A DNA stretch of 64,000 nt, taken from Centroscyllium fabricii. Lineage: Eukaryota. Below are positions 1 through 13,592 of this stretch, one piece after another. The DNA lies in contig JBNRSN020000004.1 in the NCBI GenBank assembly GCA_051313645.2, forward strand, positions 111,848,001-111,912,000, read 5' to 3'. The position numbers were made by a program, and so were the translations under genes. The stretch's first letter is position 1. Every line of letters begins with the position of its first letter. The notes beneath the pieces were generated by a model. That model saw only the letters and a program-made list of their open reading frames with translations. It was not told the origin of the DNA and ran no database searches.

Positions 1-999
1 TAGCGAACAACATTTGTCTAAATAACACGGAAATGACAACGACAACTTAATTTCGTCGGTCCTCATTACAAACCCCCCACTCCCAAAGTGGGCATAGTAC
101 ATACATTTCTGATGATAAAATGTTTCTTTTAACCTATCAGTAATTGATATTCCAGTTATTGCTAATTGACCTGACCACAGTACACAGGACAGATAACAAA
201 TAACTTGTATCAGTGTATAGTTAGAGGTTCAATCCTTAAATCACATGACACTATTAATCCAGTACCTGTAGCAACTTTATTTGGTATCCCTATTAAATCG
301 ATGTATAATATACCACTTAGAATAAGGAATTTTTGCTGCTGAATTAATAAGAAAACAAAATAAATCATATGTTATTCTTATATATGAGTATAAGCAAGCT
401 AACATAATATCACTGTATTGTAAAACTCCTGAATTATTTGTGGGTGCTTAATGGGCCAGACTGCGGGACAAAAGAGTCCAATGTCACCTTAAATCACTGT
501 GGGGCACTGAAGCTAGAGAGAGAGAAACAACTCCTTCAGAAGCTTGCACTTAAGAGGGATTCAACGCCTTGGAAATGGATGGAGAAAAGACGTGCATGTC
601 TCAAACGTTCTGGTAAGCGGAACTCGTTCTTATCAGGCCAGCCCGTCAGTGGAGAAGCCAGTATTCAGATTCAATGAAACCGATGATTTCAAGAACTTCA
701 AAGTAGCCTGCCATTGGAGTGTAAAGGAAATGACAATGTCCATTTATTTACTACCGACACAGAGTTCGCCGGCTATCCCTTTTTGCTTCTGCTCCTCCCC
801 CATAGCAATAATAATCTCAGAGAGTGCATCAATTCAATAAAAATAGCCCAAAACCACAGGAAATATCGTCGCACTAAACCAAGTAGTCGAGTAAACAGAG
901 CAGTTTCTGTGTGTGTGTCGGAGTCTGCGGCATCGCACCCCAGGTTGTGTGTTTAGGTTAAATATTCCTGAACTACTAATTTCAAGTTACTGAGTCTTG

Positions 1000-2450
1000 A
1001 ACTGAAACTCCTGTTGTGAGGTTACAGGAACCCAGGGCGAGCCCTGTTCTGAAATGCATTCCCTTTGCAACCGATCACTGCCAAACTGAACCACGCTGTG
1101 TTAAAACAATCTAACCCCCTTTTTTGCATTTGTTTGAATGCATTTCCAGTCGGTGCAGTTTGTTTCCAATTGTGAGTGGCGAATTTCCCTTCTAAATGGT
1201 GCGATGCTGTTTCTGCCCCACCTAAAATATTCAGCCAACCTTCTTTACTAGTTTCAGTTTGTGCTCGGCGCGGATGTGTGTAAAGTGCTCGGATGACTGG
1301 GTTTGTGGGATTTAACAGTGCGGGGTCGGTGAGTGTCTGTGACTGTCCCAAAGGCGAGTNNNNNNNNNNNNNNNNNNNNNNNNNNNNNNNNNNNNNNNNN
1401 NNNNNNNNNNNNNNNNNNNNNNNNNNNNNNNNNNNNNNNNNNNNNNNNNNNNNNNNNNNNNNNNNNNNNNNNNNNNNNNNNNNNNNNNNNNNNNNNNNNN
1501 NNNNNNNNNNNNNNNNNNNNNNNNNNNNNNNNNGTCTCCCCCCGCGGAAGGTGCGCCTGTCTCGGGATGGCTGTACCGAAAGCTAGGCACCGCCACCCCC
1601 TTTCCTGTTGCGGTTCACCTCCATTCAACAAATAACGACAACTGGAAGTGTTTGCATATTTCACCAGGCTGATTTCCTGTGAATAAACTGTACCAGACAC
1701 GTCCCATACTTTACCCGCACTGGTATGATCGTTTCTTTTTAATCTTGCTGTGAACTGTACCGCACTAGACGCCGATCCGGGAGAACTTTTCGCATATCAG
1801 TTCTTTAAGTCTCAGACTTCGGACATATTTTCTTACTGGTCGAGGCAAAAGCTGAGCATTCGCTCCAGTTTTATTTCTGCAGATTGTTTGGGGGGAGAAA
1901 GCAGGAACTTTAAATGTGACGACAATTCTAAGGTACTGTTTCAGTGGGCTGAGCATGTCGCTTACCTTTGTTTGAAAGCGCCTTGTGATTTGTGGCTGTC
2001 TGTGTGTACCGTTGTGGTGAGGGTGATTTTGTAGCTACAATTACAACCTTATTCCGTGAGAAATTGTTGTCAATATGACATAGACGATGCTGCCGAGAAG
2101 AAAGTGTGTGCACGGCTCCGTGCGCTTGTTGTGAATGTGGGGGACAGACAGCACGGTAGCTGTCAGGAGTTGACATATCCTGGAGCCACTTCTACTTTTT
2201 AATAGGCTAACCTGAAGAAAACACTTGATGTGAGGTAAGTTCTTTTGTGGACCTAATTACATACTAAAATAAACCTGTAAAAAAAACTTGTTTTCTCACC
2301 CCCGCTCGACCCTCTTTCTATATATTGCACCTGTACAGAAAGGAAACGTGCTTCCACGTCCGGATCTATAACGTTAATCAGTCTGTATGAAATATCACGG
2401 TAGTTGCTATTGATATCGTGGAGTGTGTGCCATTTATATGGATGTCTGCA
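1000..2450 (+). promoter_or_regulatory. CpG-rich region, candidate distal SATB1 promoter with non-coding first exon(s)
   Basis: CpG clearly enriched versus flanks and no recognisable transposon; consensus donors TCG|GTGAGT (exon end 1328) and GAG|GTAAGT (exon end 2234). Confidence 0.45.
1360..1533. other. Assembly gap (174 N)
   Basis: Run of N inside a GC/CpG-rich region. Confidence 0.99.
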
Positions 2451-3404
2451 ACATTGTAAGTGTGAATCACAGCAGAATGAAATTGTAGTCTTTATTGGGG
2501 ATAGCCTCACATTAAACCTGCCCTGTGTTTATTGAGTTCTTCCTAGGCTCTAGTGTACCATATATCAGGTTGAAGTCTATATTTATGGACAGGTAGACGC
2601 TACCTGTAAACGTTGTGTGGTTGAGCCTTCATTTGTATCAACGCTCTGCTGATAGCTGAGTGGCAAATTATTATTGTGAAACATTTGTCACATTTATAGT
2701 TCGCGCGTATTATTACGGAGTAAAAAAGCCACCTTCTCAACTAACTGAATAAATGTTGGCCCAGCAGTTTACCTGACCTGATCTACCTAACCAACACAGA
2801 GGCGCCAATTGATCCCGTCTCATCCACATAGCATTGCACTCTAAATGTAAAACCGACCACACTGACGCTGAAATATAATAAAACAAAACAACAAACATTA
2901 GATTTGTGCAAAATAAACAAAAAATCAGGCCTCTCTAATCTACACAGCAGCTCTTCTAACTTACACATCTCACAAACAACTGTTCTTCCAGGTTAGGTCA
3001 TCTACACTTGCTATTTCTCCCAGTCTATCTTAGTTCCTTTTAAGGCAATCGCTGATTTAATACAACAGGCTCTGGAACTAGCCTGCAAGGACTGCTGGCT
3101 CTCTCTTCCTCAGCTTAGACTTGCCTGATCTCTACCTTAGGTGTTTCTGCCCAGAGGCTACTGCAATCTCTCCCCAGAGGCCAACTATACTCTCACACAG
3201 ACCAGCCTTTCACAATCTCCCTGTTCCCAGATGCTGCAGCTTCTCTTCCACCCAGGTTTTTTAAATACTACTCAGACTGGGCGTCCTAATACTAATCACC
3301 CTGAAAACAGGAATATTTTCAGAAATAAAGGTCAAAAATGACTACTCTTGATGCTCTGTGGGTCTATTAACGTGCACTCCCCATCCTGGCATGACGGCAT
3401 CTGG

Positions 3405-6000
3405 GGTGAGAGATTGTCCAGAGTGAGAGATTGTCCAGAGTGAGAGATTGTCCGTGGTGAGAGATTGTCCGTGGTGAGAGATTGTCCAGAGTGAGAAATT
3501 TCCCAGAGTAAGAGATTGTCCAGAGTGAGAGATTGTCCAGAGTGAGAGATTGTCCAGAGTGAGAGATTGTCCAGAGTGAGAGATTGTCCAGAGTGAGAGA
3601 TTGTCCCGGGTGGGAGATTGTCCAGAGTGAGAGATTGTCCAGAGTGTGAGGTTGTCCAGAGTGAGAGACTGTCCAGAGTGCGAGGTTGTCCAGAGTGAGA
3701 GACTGTCCAGAGTGAGAGATTGTCCAGAGTGCGAGATCATCAAGATTGAGATATTGTCCAGGGTGAGAGATTGTCCAGAGTGAGAGATTGTCCAGAGTGA
3801 GAGATTGTCCCGGGTGGGAGATTGTCCAGAGTGAGAGATTGTCCAGGGTGCGAGGTTGTCCAGAGTGAGAGACTGTCCAGAGTGAGAGATTGTCCAGAGT
3901 GCGAGATCATCAAGATTGAGAGATTGTCCAGGGTGAGAGATTGTCCAGAGTGAGAGATTGTCCAGAGTGAGAGGTTGCCCAGAGTGAGAGACTGTCCAGA
4001 GTGAGAGATTGTCCAGAGTGCGAGATCGTCCAGAGTGAGAGATTGTCCAGGGTGAGAGATTGTCCAGAGTGAGAGATTGTCCAGAGTGAGAGGTTGTCCA
4101 GAGTGAGAGACTGTCCAGAGTGAGAGATTGTCCAGAGTGCGATATCGTCCAGAGTGAGAGATTGTCCAGGGTGAGAGATTGTCCAGAGTGCAAGATCGTC
4201 CAGAGTGAGAGATTGTCCGCAGTGAGAGATTGTCCGTGGTGAGAGATTGTCCAGAGTGAGAGATTGTCCAGAGTGAGAGATTGTCCAGAGTGAGGACATT
4301 GTCCAGAGTGAGTGATTGTCCAGAGTGACAGATTGTGGAGAGTGACAGATTGTCCAGAGTGACAGATTGTCCAGAGTGACAGATTGTCCAGAGTGAGAGA
4401 TTGTCTGCGGTGAGAGATAATCCAGAGGGAGAGGTTGTCCACGGTGAGAGATTGTCCAGAGGGAGAGGTTGACCGCGGTGAGAGATTGCCCAGAGGGAGA
4501 GATTGTCTGCGGTGAGAGATTGTCCAGAGTGAGAGATTGTCAAGAGGGAGAGATTGTCCAGAGTGAGAGATTGTCCAGAGTGAGAGATTGTCCATGGTGA
4601 GAGATTGTCCAGAGTGAGAGATTGTCTGCGGTGAGAGATTGTCCAGAGGGAGAGGTTGTCCGCGGTGAGAGATTGTCCAGAGGGAGAGGTTGTCCGTGGT
4701 GAGAGATTGTCCAGAGGGAGAGATTGTCTGCGGTAAGAGATTGTCCAGAGTGACAGATTGTCCAGCGTGACAGATTGTCCAGAGTGAGAGATTGTCTGCG
4801 GTGAGAGATTATCCAGAGTGAGAGATTGTCCGTGGTGAGAGATTGTCCAGAGTGAGAGATTGTCCGCGGTGAGAGATTGTCCAGAGGGAGAGATTGTCCG
4901 CGGTGAGAGATTGTCCAGAGTGAGAGATTGTCCAGAGGGAGAGGTTGTCCAGAGGGAGAGGTTGTCCGCAGTGAGAGATTGTCCAGTGTGAGTGATTGTC
5001 CAGAGTGACAGATTGTCCAGAGGGAGAGGTTGTCCGTGGTGAGAGATTGTCCAGTGCGAGTGATTGTCCAGAGTGACAGATTGTCCAGAGTGACAGATTG
5101 TCCAGAGTGAGAGATTGTCCAGAGTGAGAGATTGTCCGCGGTGAGAGATTGTCCAGAGTGAGAGGTTGTCCGCAGTGAGAGATTGTCCCGGGTGAGAGAT
5201 TGTCCTGAGGGAGAGATAGTTCAGAGTGAGAGATTGTCCGCGGTGAGAGATTGTCCTGGGTGAGAGATTGTCCAGAGTGAGAGATTGTCAAGAGTGAGAG
5301 GTTGTCCAGAGTGAGAGATTGTCAAGAGTGAGAGATTGTCCAGAGTGAGTGATTGTCCAGAGTGAGAGATTGTCCAGAGTGAGAGATTGTCCAGAGTGAG
5401 AGATTGTCAAGAGTGAGAGATTGTCAAGAGTGAGAGATTGTCCAGAGTGAGAGATTGTCCAGAGTGAGAGGTTGTCCAGAGTGAGAGATTGTCCGCGGTG
5501 AGAGATTGTCCATGGTGAGAGATTGTCCAGAGTGAGAGATTGTCCAGAGTGAGAGATTGTCCAGAGTGAGAGATTGTCCAGAGTGAGAGATTGTCCAGAG
5601 TGAGAGATTGTCCAGAATGAGAGATTGTCCGCAGTGAGAGGTTGTCCAGGCTGAGAGATTGTCCAGAGTGAGTGATTGTTCAGAGTGAGAGATTGTCCAG
5701 AGTGAGAGATTGTCCGGAGTGAGAGATTGTCCAGAGTGAGAGATTGTCCGGAGTGAGAGATTGTCCAGAGTGAGAGATTGTCCAGAGTGAGAGATGTCCA
5801 GAGTGAGAGACTGTCCAGAGTGAGAGATTGTCCAGAGTGAGAGATTGTCCGGAGTGAGAGATTGTCCGGAGTGAGAGATTGTCTGGAGTGAGAGATTGTC
5901 CAGAGTGAGAAATTGTCTGGAGTGAGAGATTGTCCAGAGTGAGAGATTGTCCGCGGTGAGAGATTGTCCAGAGTGAGAGATTGTCTGCGGTGAGAGATTG
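3405..6000. repeat. Minisatellite, 17-bp unit GAGAGATTGTCCAGAGT, about 150 copies
   Basis: Visible tandem array; variant blocks recur (GCGAGATCATCAAGATTGAG at 3731 and 3901, 170 bp apart). Confidence 0.98.
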
Positions 6001-7599
6001 GTTAAAATTTTATCCTAACCCGCTCATGGTGAAACTGACTGGATCAGAAGGAACTGATTTTATATCCCGCCCAATGTTACTCTCCGTTGAATTCAGTGAA
6101 GAGTAATATTGAGCCGGGTGTAAAATTGGCATTTCACCTGAGCCCGTGGGTATCCCGCCTGGTAAGTTTGGTTTAAATTACCTCCATTGTGTCTCACCAC
6201 ACAATTTGATGTCTTTGCTGACGCTTTGCTTCCACAGAGCATAGGTGTCTATATTAGTTTTATTTTAGGACCCAACCTAATTCAGACATTAAAGTAACAC
6301 CGAATTCAATATTGCATATCCATAATTGGATATAGATATTATTCTGTTGGTGGGGTTGATCTGTATAGTTTACTTGTGGTAGGGAACATTCTGTTAGTCA
6401 GTTTCTAATGTATGTTGCCTTTCGCAACACTTGAAATAAATACAATTTATTTAAGAAACAAATTTGTTTTGTTCTCTGGCAATGTACTATTCCAGTCGAT
6501 ATTTTGCCAGAAAAAGTCGACCTGAGTACTCCCCGTTTACTCACGCAGATTCCTTTTCGGTGAAATTATCAATGAGAGGAATTCCATCAAAGTGGCAAGC
6601 GAGGTGATACCCTGGGGATCCTTGTTGCTGCAGCATTGATGGAGGCACGGTTTGGCAGAACGTAAACATGTTCAATTTTAAGGCGGCCATTAAGGAAGCA
6701 CTATTAGCCCATGCTGCCTCTGTATCTGTAACATTGGTGGTGATTTTGGGCTGTTTCAATCTCTCTTAATTAATGTAAAATATAGATTACATCCTATGTA
6801 AAATAATACTGTACTGGCGGTGGAAGCGGGCCCTCTTTTCCCACGCAATTTGGCTGGGTTGGTGAGTTGACCGAAGGCCTAGAGATTACAGCGATCAAGC
6901 CATGAGATTGCAGAGACACCAGAACAGAGTTAGAAACAGGAGGAAGACAACTGAAGAAAGAGAGAGAGACAGCAATGGTAAATATAGAAAGTAATCAAAA
7001 CAAGGAAAATTAAAAGTAAGCAGTAGCATTATGAATAAACAGAGTGAGCCATACAATAAAGGTGACAGACTGAAAGGAATGAGTAAGAAATTAAGAAAAA
7101 ACACTACTGAGGGAGGCTAGACAGGCAGGCTCAGTATAGATAGCTACTAGTTAAGGTTTGCTTGATGGGTATTCCAATCAAAGATCACAGAACGGAGACT
7201 GGAGCATTACATTTTGTCTGTACAGTCAATACTACAAAGCAACTGAGACCGGATATGATGGAGTTCAGTAACGATGCTCAGCTTTTGCATTGCTCCATTA
7301 ATCCAATTTTGGCTCCAATAAAAATAGAAAAGGATGGAATTCACAACAAGTCTATCAGCATCTGCAGAAGAGAAATGACAGGTTAGCATTTTAGGTATGG
7401 CCCTTTGAACTAGAAACTGAAAGGTAAGTGAAATCTTTAAAATGATTGAACTCCCTCTCCCCAAGAGGAAGAGACAGAAGGTAAAATCAAGAGTCAGTTG
7501 TGCTAACAATAATTACAAAGACAGTTAATGGGATTGCTCACCACTGTACAGGTATTTAAAATGCTGGAAAGGGGTGAAAAAATGTTGGATAATAAGCAA

Positions 7600-8160
7600 A
7601 AAATGTCTCAGGCAGTGAAATGATAGAAAGAAAAAGGGAAGTTCAAGAAAAACTCCAAAATTGAAAAGTGATATAGTGGATGTGAGAAATAGGCAGGATG
7701 ATGGGAGCCAAAGGCAAAGAGGTCAGCGTGGTTTTGGGAAGAGGAGTTGAAGTGATGAGCCACAAGATCACACGGCAGATAGAACAGTGAGGTGGTCAAC
7801 TGATCCTCATTTGGTCTCTTTTGGTGGAGGAGACTGTACTGTGAGCAGCACATACAGTATGCTAGATTGGACAAAGACAATTTAAATACAAGCCAGGAAA
7901 GAGTAAATGGGGCACCAGACAAGGGCATAAAATAGTGAATGCATCTGCGACAGTTACATGGGAAACTGGAAAGGGAGGGCAGCCATAAATTGAGGTGACA
8001 GCAAAACAAAGAAACATATCAGGGAGTGAATACCTCCTCTGGGAAGTGGAAATGGGAGGGAAACATGTGTTTGCTGATAGTATCTTGTTGTAGATGGGAA
8101 AAGTGATGGAAGATGATCTGATAGCTGCTTAAATTTCACAATCTGGAAATGCGGTGAATG
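7600..8160 (-). mobile_element. Highly decayed Penelope-like (GIY-YIG) remnant
   Basis: Translation YCMCCSQYSLLH...LVAHHFNS resembles YCIRCSRCGLLYIGE...VACHFN of the element at 56700-57500. Confidence 0.55.
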
Positions 8161-8550
8161 TGGTCTAGGAGCCTGTCAATTACAGATAAGGCAAACCCTT
8201 GGCTGAGGCAAAATGAAGGCATTTCAGAAGTTCTGGTACAGAAAGTGAGTTACCAGACTAAATACAACAGTAACTGAGGGGAAGGGGTGGGTTTTTTCAG
8301 AAAAAAACATTGGGAAGAAGCATAATTGTATGTCTAGCCTCATGCATTGTGAGCATTCACATCCTTCATCTTTCCAAATCAGGGCTTAGAATGTCAAATC
8401 AAATCTAATTCATGCAGTTTAGCATTAGATTAGATGACATCTTTCAGAATACATACACTTTTCAAATTCAGTTAATGAGAGGAGACCTCTAATTGCATGC
8501 AGGATTAAATTCAAGTGCACCTCAAAACTCCAAATATATTTATTTCTATA

Positions 8551-9700
8551 ACATAGAAACATAGAATATAGGAGCAGGAGTAGGCCATTCGGCCCATCGA
8601 GCCTGCTCCGCCATTCAATGCGATCATGGCTGATCAGCCAAATTCAATACCCTGTCCCTGCTTTCTCCCCATATCCCTTGACCCCTTTAGCCTTAAGAAA
8701 TATATCTAACTCCTTCTTGAATATATTTAATGAATTGGCCTCTACTGCCTTCTGTGGTAGAGAATTCCACAGGTTCACCACTCTCTGGGTGAAGAAATTC
8801 CTCCTCATCTCTGTCCTAAATGGCTTACCCCTTATCCTAAGACTGTGACCCCTGGTTCTGGACTCCTCCACCATCGGGAACATTCTTCCTGCATCTAGTC
8901 TGTCCAGTCCTGTTAGAATTTTTATAAGTTTCAATGAGATCCCCTCTCATTTTTCTAAACTCCAGCGAGTACAAGCCCAATCGACCCAATCGCTCCTCAT
9001 ACGTCATTCCTGCCATCCCAGGTATCAGCCTGGTGAATCTTCGCCGTACTCCTTCCATGGCAAGAACATCTTTCCTCAGATAAGGCGAACAAAACTGCAC
9101 ACAATATTCAAGATGTGGTCTCACTAAGGCCCTGTCAAACTGCAGCAAGACATCCTTGTTCCTGTACTCAAACCCTCTCGCTACGAAGGCCAACATATCA
9201 TTTGCCTTCTTAACTGCCTGCTGCACCTGCATGCTTACCTTCAGCGACTGTTGCACAAGAATGCCCAGGTCTCATTTTACTTCCCCTATTCCCAATCTAT
9301 TGCCATTCAGATAATAATATGCCTTCTTGTTTTTGACACCAAAGTGAATAACCTCGCATTGTAAACAACCGCTACGAAAAACAATATGGACTGCAGCGGT
9401 TCAAGAAGGTGGCTCACCACCATCTTCTCAAGGGCAATTAGGGATGGGCACTAAATGCAGGCCTACCCAGCGACGCCCACATCCCATCAATGAATAAAAA
9501 ACGAATTTTAAAAATGTATCCACGTTATATTGCATCTGCCATGATTCTGCCCAATCACCCAACCTGTCCAAATCACACTGGAGATTCTCGGCATCGTCCT
9601 TACAGCACACACGCCCACACAGCTTTGATCATGTGAATAGCTGGGGTCCAAGGACCGATCCATGTGGTACCCCACTAGTCACTGCCTGCCACTTGGAAAA
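8551..9700 (-). mobile_element. CR1 LINE (HER1-like) 3' fragment, 5'-truncated
   Basis: ORF2 C-terminal motifs LVRPHLEYCVQF, RRRFTRLIPG, FFTQRVVNLWNSLP; 3' stem-loop and ACATAGA-type microsatellite tail near 8551. Confidence 0.95.
9361..9515 (+). mobile_element. 3' end of second LINE family ('family X') inserted into the CR1
   Basis: GGACTGCAGCGGTTCAAGAAGG...GGGCAATTAGGGATGGGC...AATAAA is the reverse complement of the ends at 33940, 35205 and 63345; CR1 resumes near 9516. Confidence 0.88.
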
Positions 9701-10560
9701 AAAGCAGAATTCACACACCATAATGATCTGTTTGTGCAGATAGGTTGGCATACTTTGGATATTGACCAATGACCTGATGTTGTCTAACATGGAACATTGA
9801 ATTCAGGAAATACTATATCAGTATCAGATTTTCTAATGAGAGTTTAATATATGGAGTATAGACAGCAGTACACAAATAATGAATTGTATTGGAGTTCCAA
9901 TTATTTCATTTCTTTTCATGTTGTGTACATTTTTGGCATAATTTCTATATTATACCAATACAGGGCTGGTAGATAACAGGTTGTAAAATTTAAATTAATT
10001 TAGTAATAGCTACAGCATTTTTAGCAACCATGACAAGGATCTAAATTTCTATTTAATATAAATTTGAGTACAAATATTTCTAATTTTTATATTTTACACT
10101 GCTACCTCTCATTCTCGATTCAGATATGTCTGTATATGTGTGCAAATTGTGACCAGTTGTTAACAGTGCTCTATTTTGCAAATTTGGCATTTCATTTAAA
10201 ATGGTCACATGCGCACTGACTAGGAATGAGCATTAAGGTAAATTATGACCTTGGATCTAGAGGAGCTCATGTCCAGAGTCTTTGAATATGTACTTCAGAT
10301 GTTATAAACTGGTTGCTCAATAGGAAGATTCCCCACTGGATAATCAGGGGTTCAGATGCATAAAGCTATTAGACTGTTAGCAATTCAACACATTCTCTAC
10401 ATTTCCCCCACCAGGATTGGTAGCATAAAGATTTGGATTCACATTTGTCTTCTCTGCTGCTATATCGCAGGGATCTGGGCATATTATCACAACAAAGTAT
10501 ACCTGTATACCCTTCCACAATCACTAGTAAGCAGATATTTACCCATATACATCACCTGTA

Positions 10561-10927
10561 CGGTGGCACAGTGGTTAGCACTGCTGCCTCACAACTCTGG
10601 AGACCCGGGTTCAGCCTCGGGTGACTATCTGTGTGGAGTTTGCACATTCTCCCCGTGTCTGCGTAGGTTTCCTCCGGGTGCTCCGGTTTCCTCCCACAGT
10701 CCAACGATGTGCGGGTTAGGTTGATTGGCCATGGTAAATTGACCCTTAGTGTTAGGGGGATTAAATATGTGGGGTTACGGGGATAAGGTGGGATATGTGT
10801 CGGTGCAGGCTTGATAATGATGTGGGGGGAAGGCTGGGTTTGGATGATCAGCCATGATCTCATTGAATGGCGGAGCAGGCTCGAAGGGCCAAATGGCCTA
10901 CTCCTGCTCCTAGTTTCTATGTTTCTA
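10561..10927 (+). mobile_element. tRNA-derived V-SINE (HE1-like) with CR1-derived tail
   Basis: A box TGGCACAGTGG, B-box-like GGTTC, V domain GTGTGGAGTTTGCACATTCTCCCCGTG...TCCGGTTTCCTCCCAC; tail matches the 3' end of the CR1 at 8551-8640. Confidence 0.92.
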
Positions 10928-10989
10928 CCTCCAAAATGGATACATACCAATAAGTATCGCTGAAAAATAATAATTAAAAATGAAAGAGG

Positions 10990-11130
10990 ACTGGATAGTG
11001 CAGTAGTTTAGCATGCTGCCTGTTCATTTTTGAGGCTTAGGTTCAAAATCTGGCCAGACTGATGGGATGAAAATTTCCTCTTTCCAATGACTTTAAGGGT
11101 CATAGGTAAATAAGTTTGAGCAGTCTAAAA
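10990..11130 (+). mobile_element. Ancient tRNA-derived SINE remnant (possibly LF-SINE-like)
   Basis: Degenerate A/B boxes (TAGTGCAGTAG, GGTTCAAAATC); similarity judged by eye only. Confidence 0.35.
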
Positions 11131-12669
11131 CAGGCAAGCCCAGCAACTAATGGTTATGGGATGACAAATTGGCAATATGCTGGCAGGCTCACTCAGTAAG
11201 GTCCTGACAGCACAGAAAAAGAGGCCCTTCAGCCCATCAAGCCCTGTCTATTCTAATCCCATTTTCCAGTCATAGAGGTCATAAGGATGGAAAAGTGTAG
11301 AAAATGGAAATATCACAGTGGTTCAGTAGGAGGTGGCTTTTATGATTAGAAATAAGGTATATTGGTGGATAGTGTAGAGAGAGCTTTAATTTTGCTTCTG
11401 GCTGTGAGTAACTTAGATTGGAGTGATTGATATTGGCACTGGGTTGCAAGGGTGTTCTATTCCCCAGTATTGATATTCCTCGTCTAAATGAGCACACCAC
11501 CCCTTCCCCACCAAAAAAATAAAAATTAAATCCACCTACTTTTCACAGTCATTTACAACCTCTGTGGTTGAATGTGCAAAACTTAAGTGTAACAGAAAAT
11601 ATATTTATTTTCTAAGAGAGGCCATGCCTGATATCCAAATCTGAAGTGCTCCAAATTTTAATTCTTCTAAATAAATCAAAATTAGTTCGGTTGAACCCAA
11701 AATCAGTTAAATTCAATGACCACTAATGACCACTAATTTGCATGTATTTATGTATAACATGCACTACCATTTCCATAGTCTGCTGCATTCCAGTGAAAAG
11801 ATTTAAGTGTGGGATGGCAGGATTAAGTGGAAACACATTCAACAGAATTAAAATTTGGAGTGATCTGGCTAGTTGAATGGAGTCCTAAATACAGTAGTGG
11901 AGGCGAAACCCTGGAATAATTTAAGAAACAATTAGATGCTGCAATGTGGGGGCGATAGGGTGCTTCTGGATGGATGAATTGAGATGGGCTGAATGGCCTT
12001 CCTCATCCATAATTATCTTGTGAATTTGTGCTAAGTAGCTGATGATTAACAAAGTCCTAGGAACATGAAAGATATCATTTTCACCTGGTTTTGGGGGTGG
12101 GGGGGGGTTAATCACTGCATATAATTTGCGACAAGTGCAGCAGGGATAGAAATCCTTGCTGAAGCACAATCAAAAGGTTTTTTTTGAAGAACAGCTTTCT
12201 CTGTGCAACACTTCACCTTGGATTACTGACTTTGTACTGTATAGACCGCATAAGGCTGGCTTTGATGTATGTATTATTCATGAGCTTTGTGCTATTTACA
12301 CAGTATGTATATGGCACTTATATAGTTTCTGTACTTACTTGAATAATTAGACAAAGGAATTGTCATACCTCCATCATCAACACAGCTTGTTCACTGTAAT
12401 ATTGGCACCATTGAAATGATGGGCAATATGATGTATCCAGGCTACAACATATGTGAAATATCCTTGGCATAGGCAAGTGTGTGCGCTGAAAAAGGATACG
12501 TATGCTACTGAATCTGACCTGATTGGAAAATGAACCACAGTTTAGGAAAAATAAAAAACAATGTCTGCTTTGTTAAAATCTCAGGATTTGTGTTCAACAG
12601 GAACTTGTTGTCAAACAAATGCATTTAATATGCTTACAAGTGTCAGTGGTTTTCCTATTTAGACGTTTC

Positions 12670-12955
12670 AGTGTAGGTGGTTCAGAGTCCCATTGAATAA
12701 TTGAGCCATACAAACCAGGAATATCCCGGATTTGATCCAGGTCTCTGCTGAGTTAGCTCATCTCAGCAGGAATGGCAGTCAAGCTGCTACAATTGGCTTC
12801 AGCACTTCAGTTTAAGAAGGTGAAAACCAGCAAGCGTACTCACTGCTGATCACTATTTATTGAGTCCTGTGAGAAGTACTACCCTGTGTCTTCCTGGTGA
12901 GGACAGGGATGAATTTGGCTGTGATGGCCCTATGGTTGAATAGCTCGCTGACAGG
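12670..12955 (+). mobile_element. Ancient unclassified SINE-like repeat
   Basis: B-box-like GATTTGATCC followed by TGCTGAGTTAGCTCATCTCAGC; resembles an old chondrichthyan repeat, from recall only. Confidence 0.4.
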
Positions 12956-13592
12956 CAAGGTTCACAAATGAACAACAGCTGGCACTGAAAAAATCATATC
13001 TTTGCAAGGAGTCCATGCATTAAAGAGAGGAGGTAAAAAAAGAAAATCAGGGAGGGAAACTAAGAGTTTTAAATGGTCCATTTGAATTTCAAGAGAGATG
13101 CCCTGAAATAGTTCATCGAGGTAAATTGTTGCCAGCCATTTTTGAATGTATTCACCAGATGTCATCTGGGTGAGATCTTTGAACATCATGGGATTCTTTT
13201 TGGTTATATTTCATAATATTTATATTTATATCCATAATATATCTTAATATTTACTCATACTAAACTCAAAACTTTCAGGTCATTTGCTTCTTTAAAGACA
13301 ATTTTGTCAGCTAAGTCCAGTTAAAAAAAAATGTCTTCCCTCCTCTACTGAAAGTGCTAATGCTTTCTGGTTGATGGTTCAGCGAGCACTGGCAGCCCTC
13401 CAATACCCCACCCATGTCTTCATTGTTTATATTTGAGCCTGGACAGAGAGTGTCAGCAATTGTGGAGGGCATCACAGGCAAGCACAATCCTGTCTTTGCT
13501 CAGTCTTTGTACTTGTGCACTTTACAGCAGGGCAGGAACCAAATATGTTTTTCCTCTTTACTTCAGAGCTACAGGGGCCAATTGTCGGACCT

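Noticed and set aside
3342-5291. Long repetitive ORFs (up to 417 aa) on the - strand
   Set aside because: Translations of a 17-bp tandem unit lacking stops on that strand; no gene structure
10561-10625. tRNA genes at SINE heads (also 57519 and 26161)
   Set aside because: A/B boxes run straight into the V-SINE body; no complete cloverleaf
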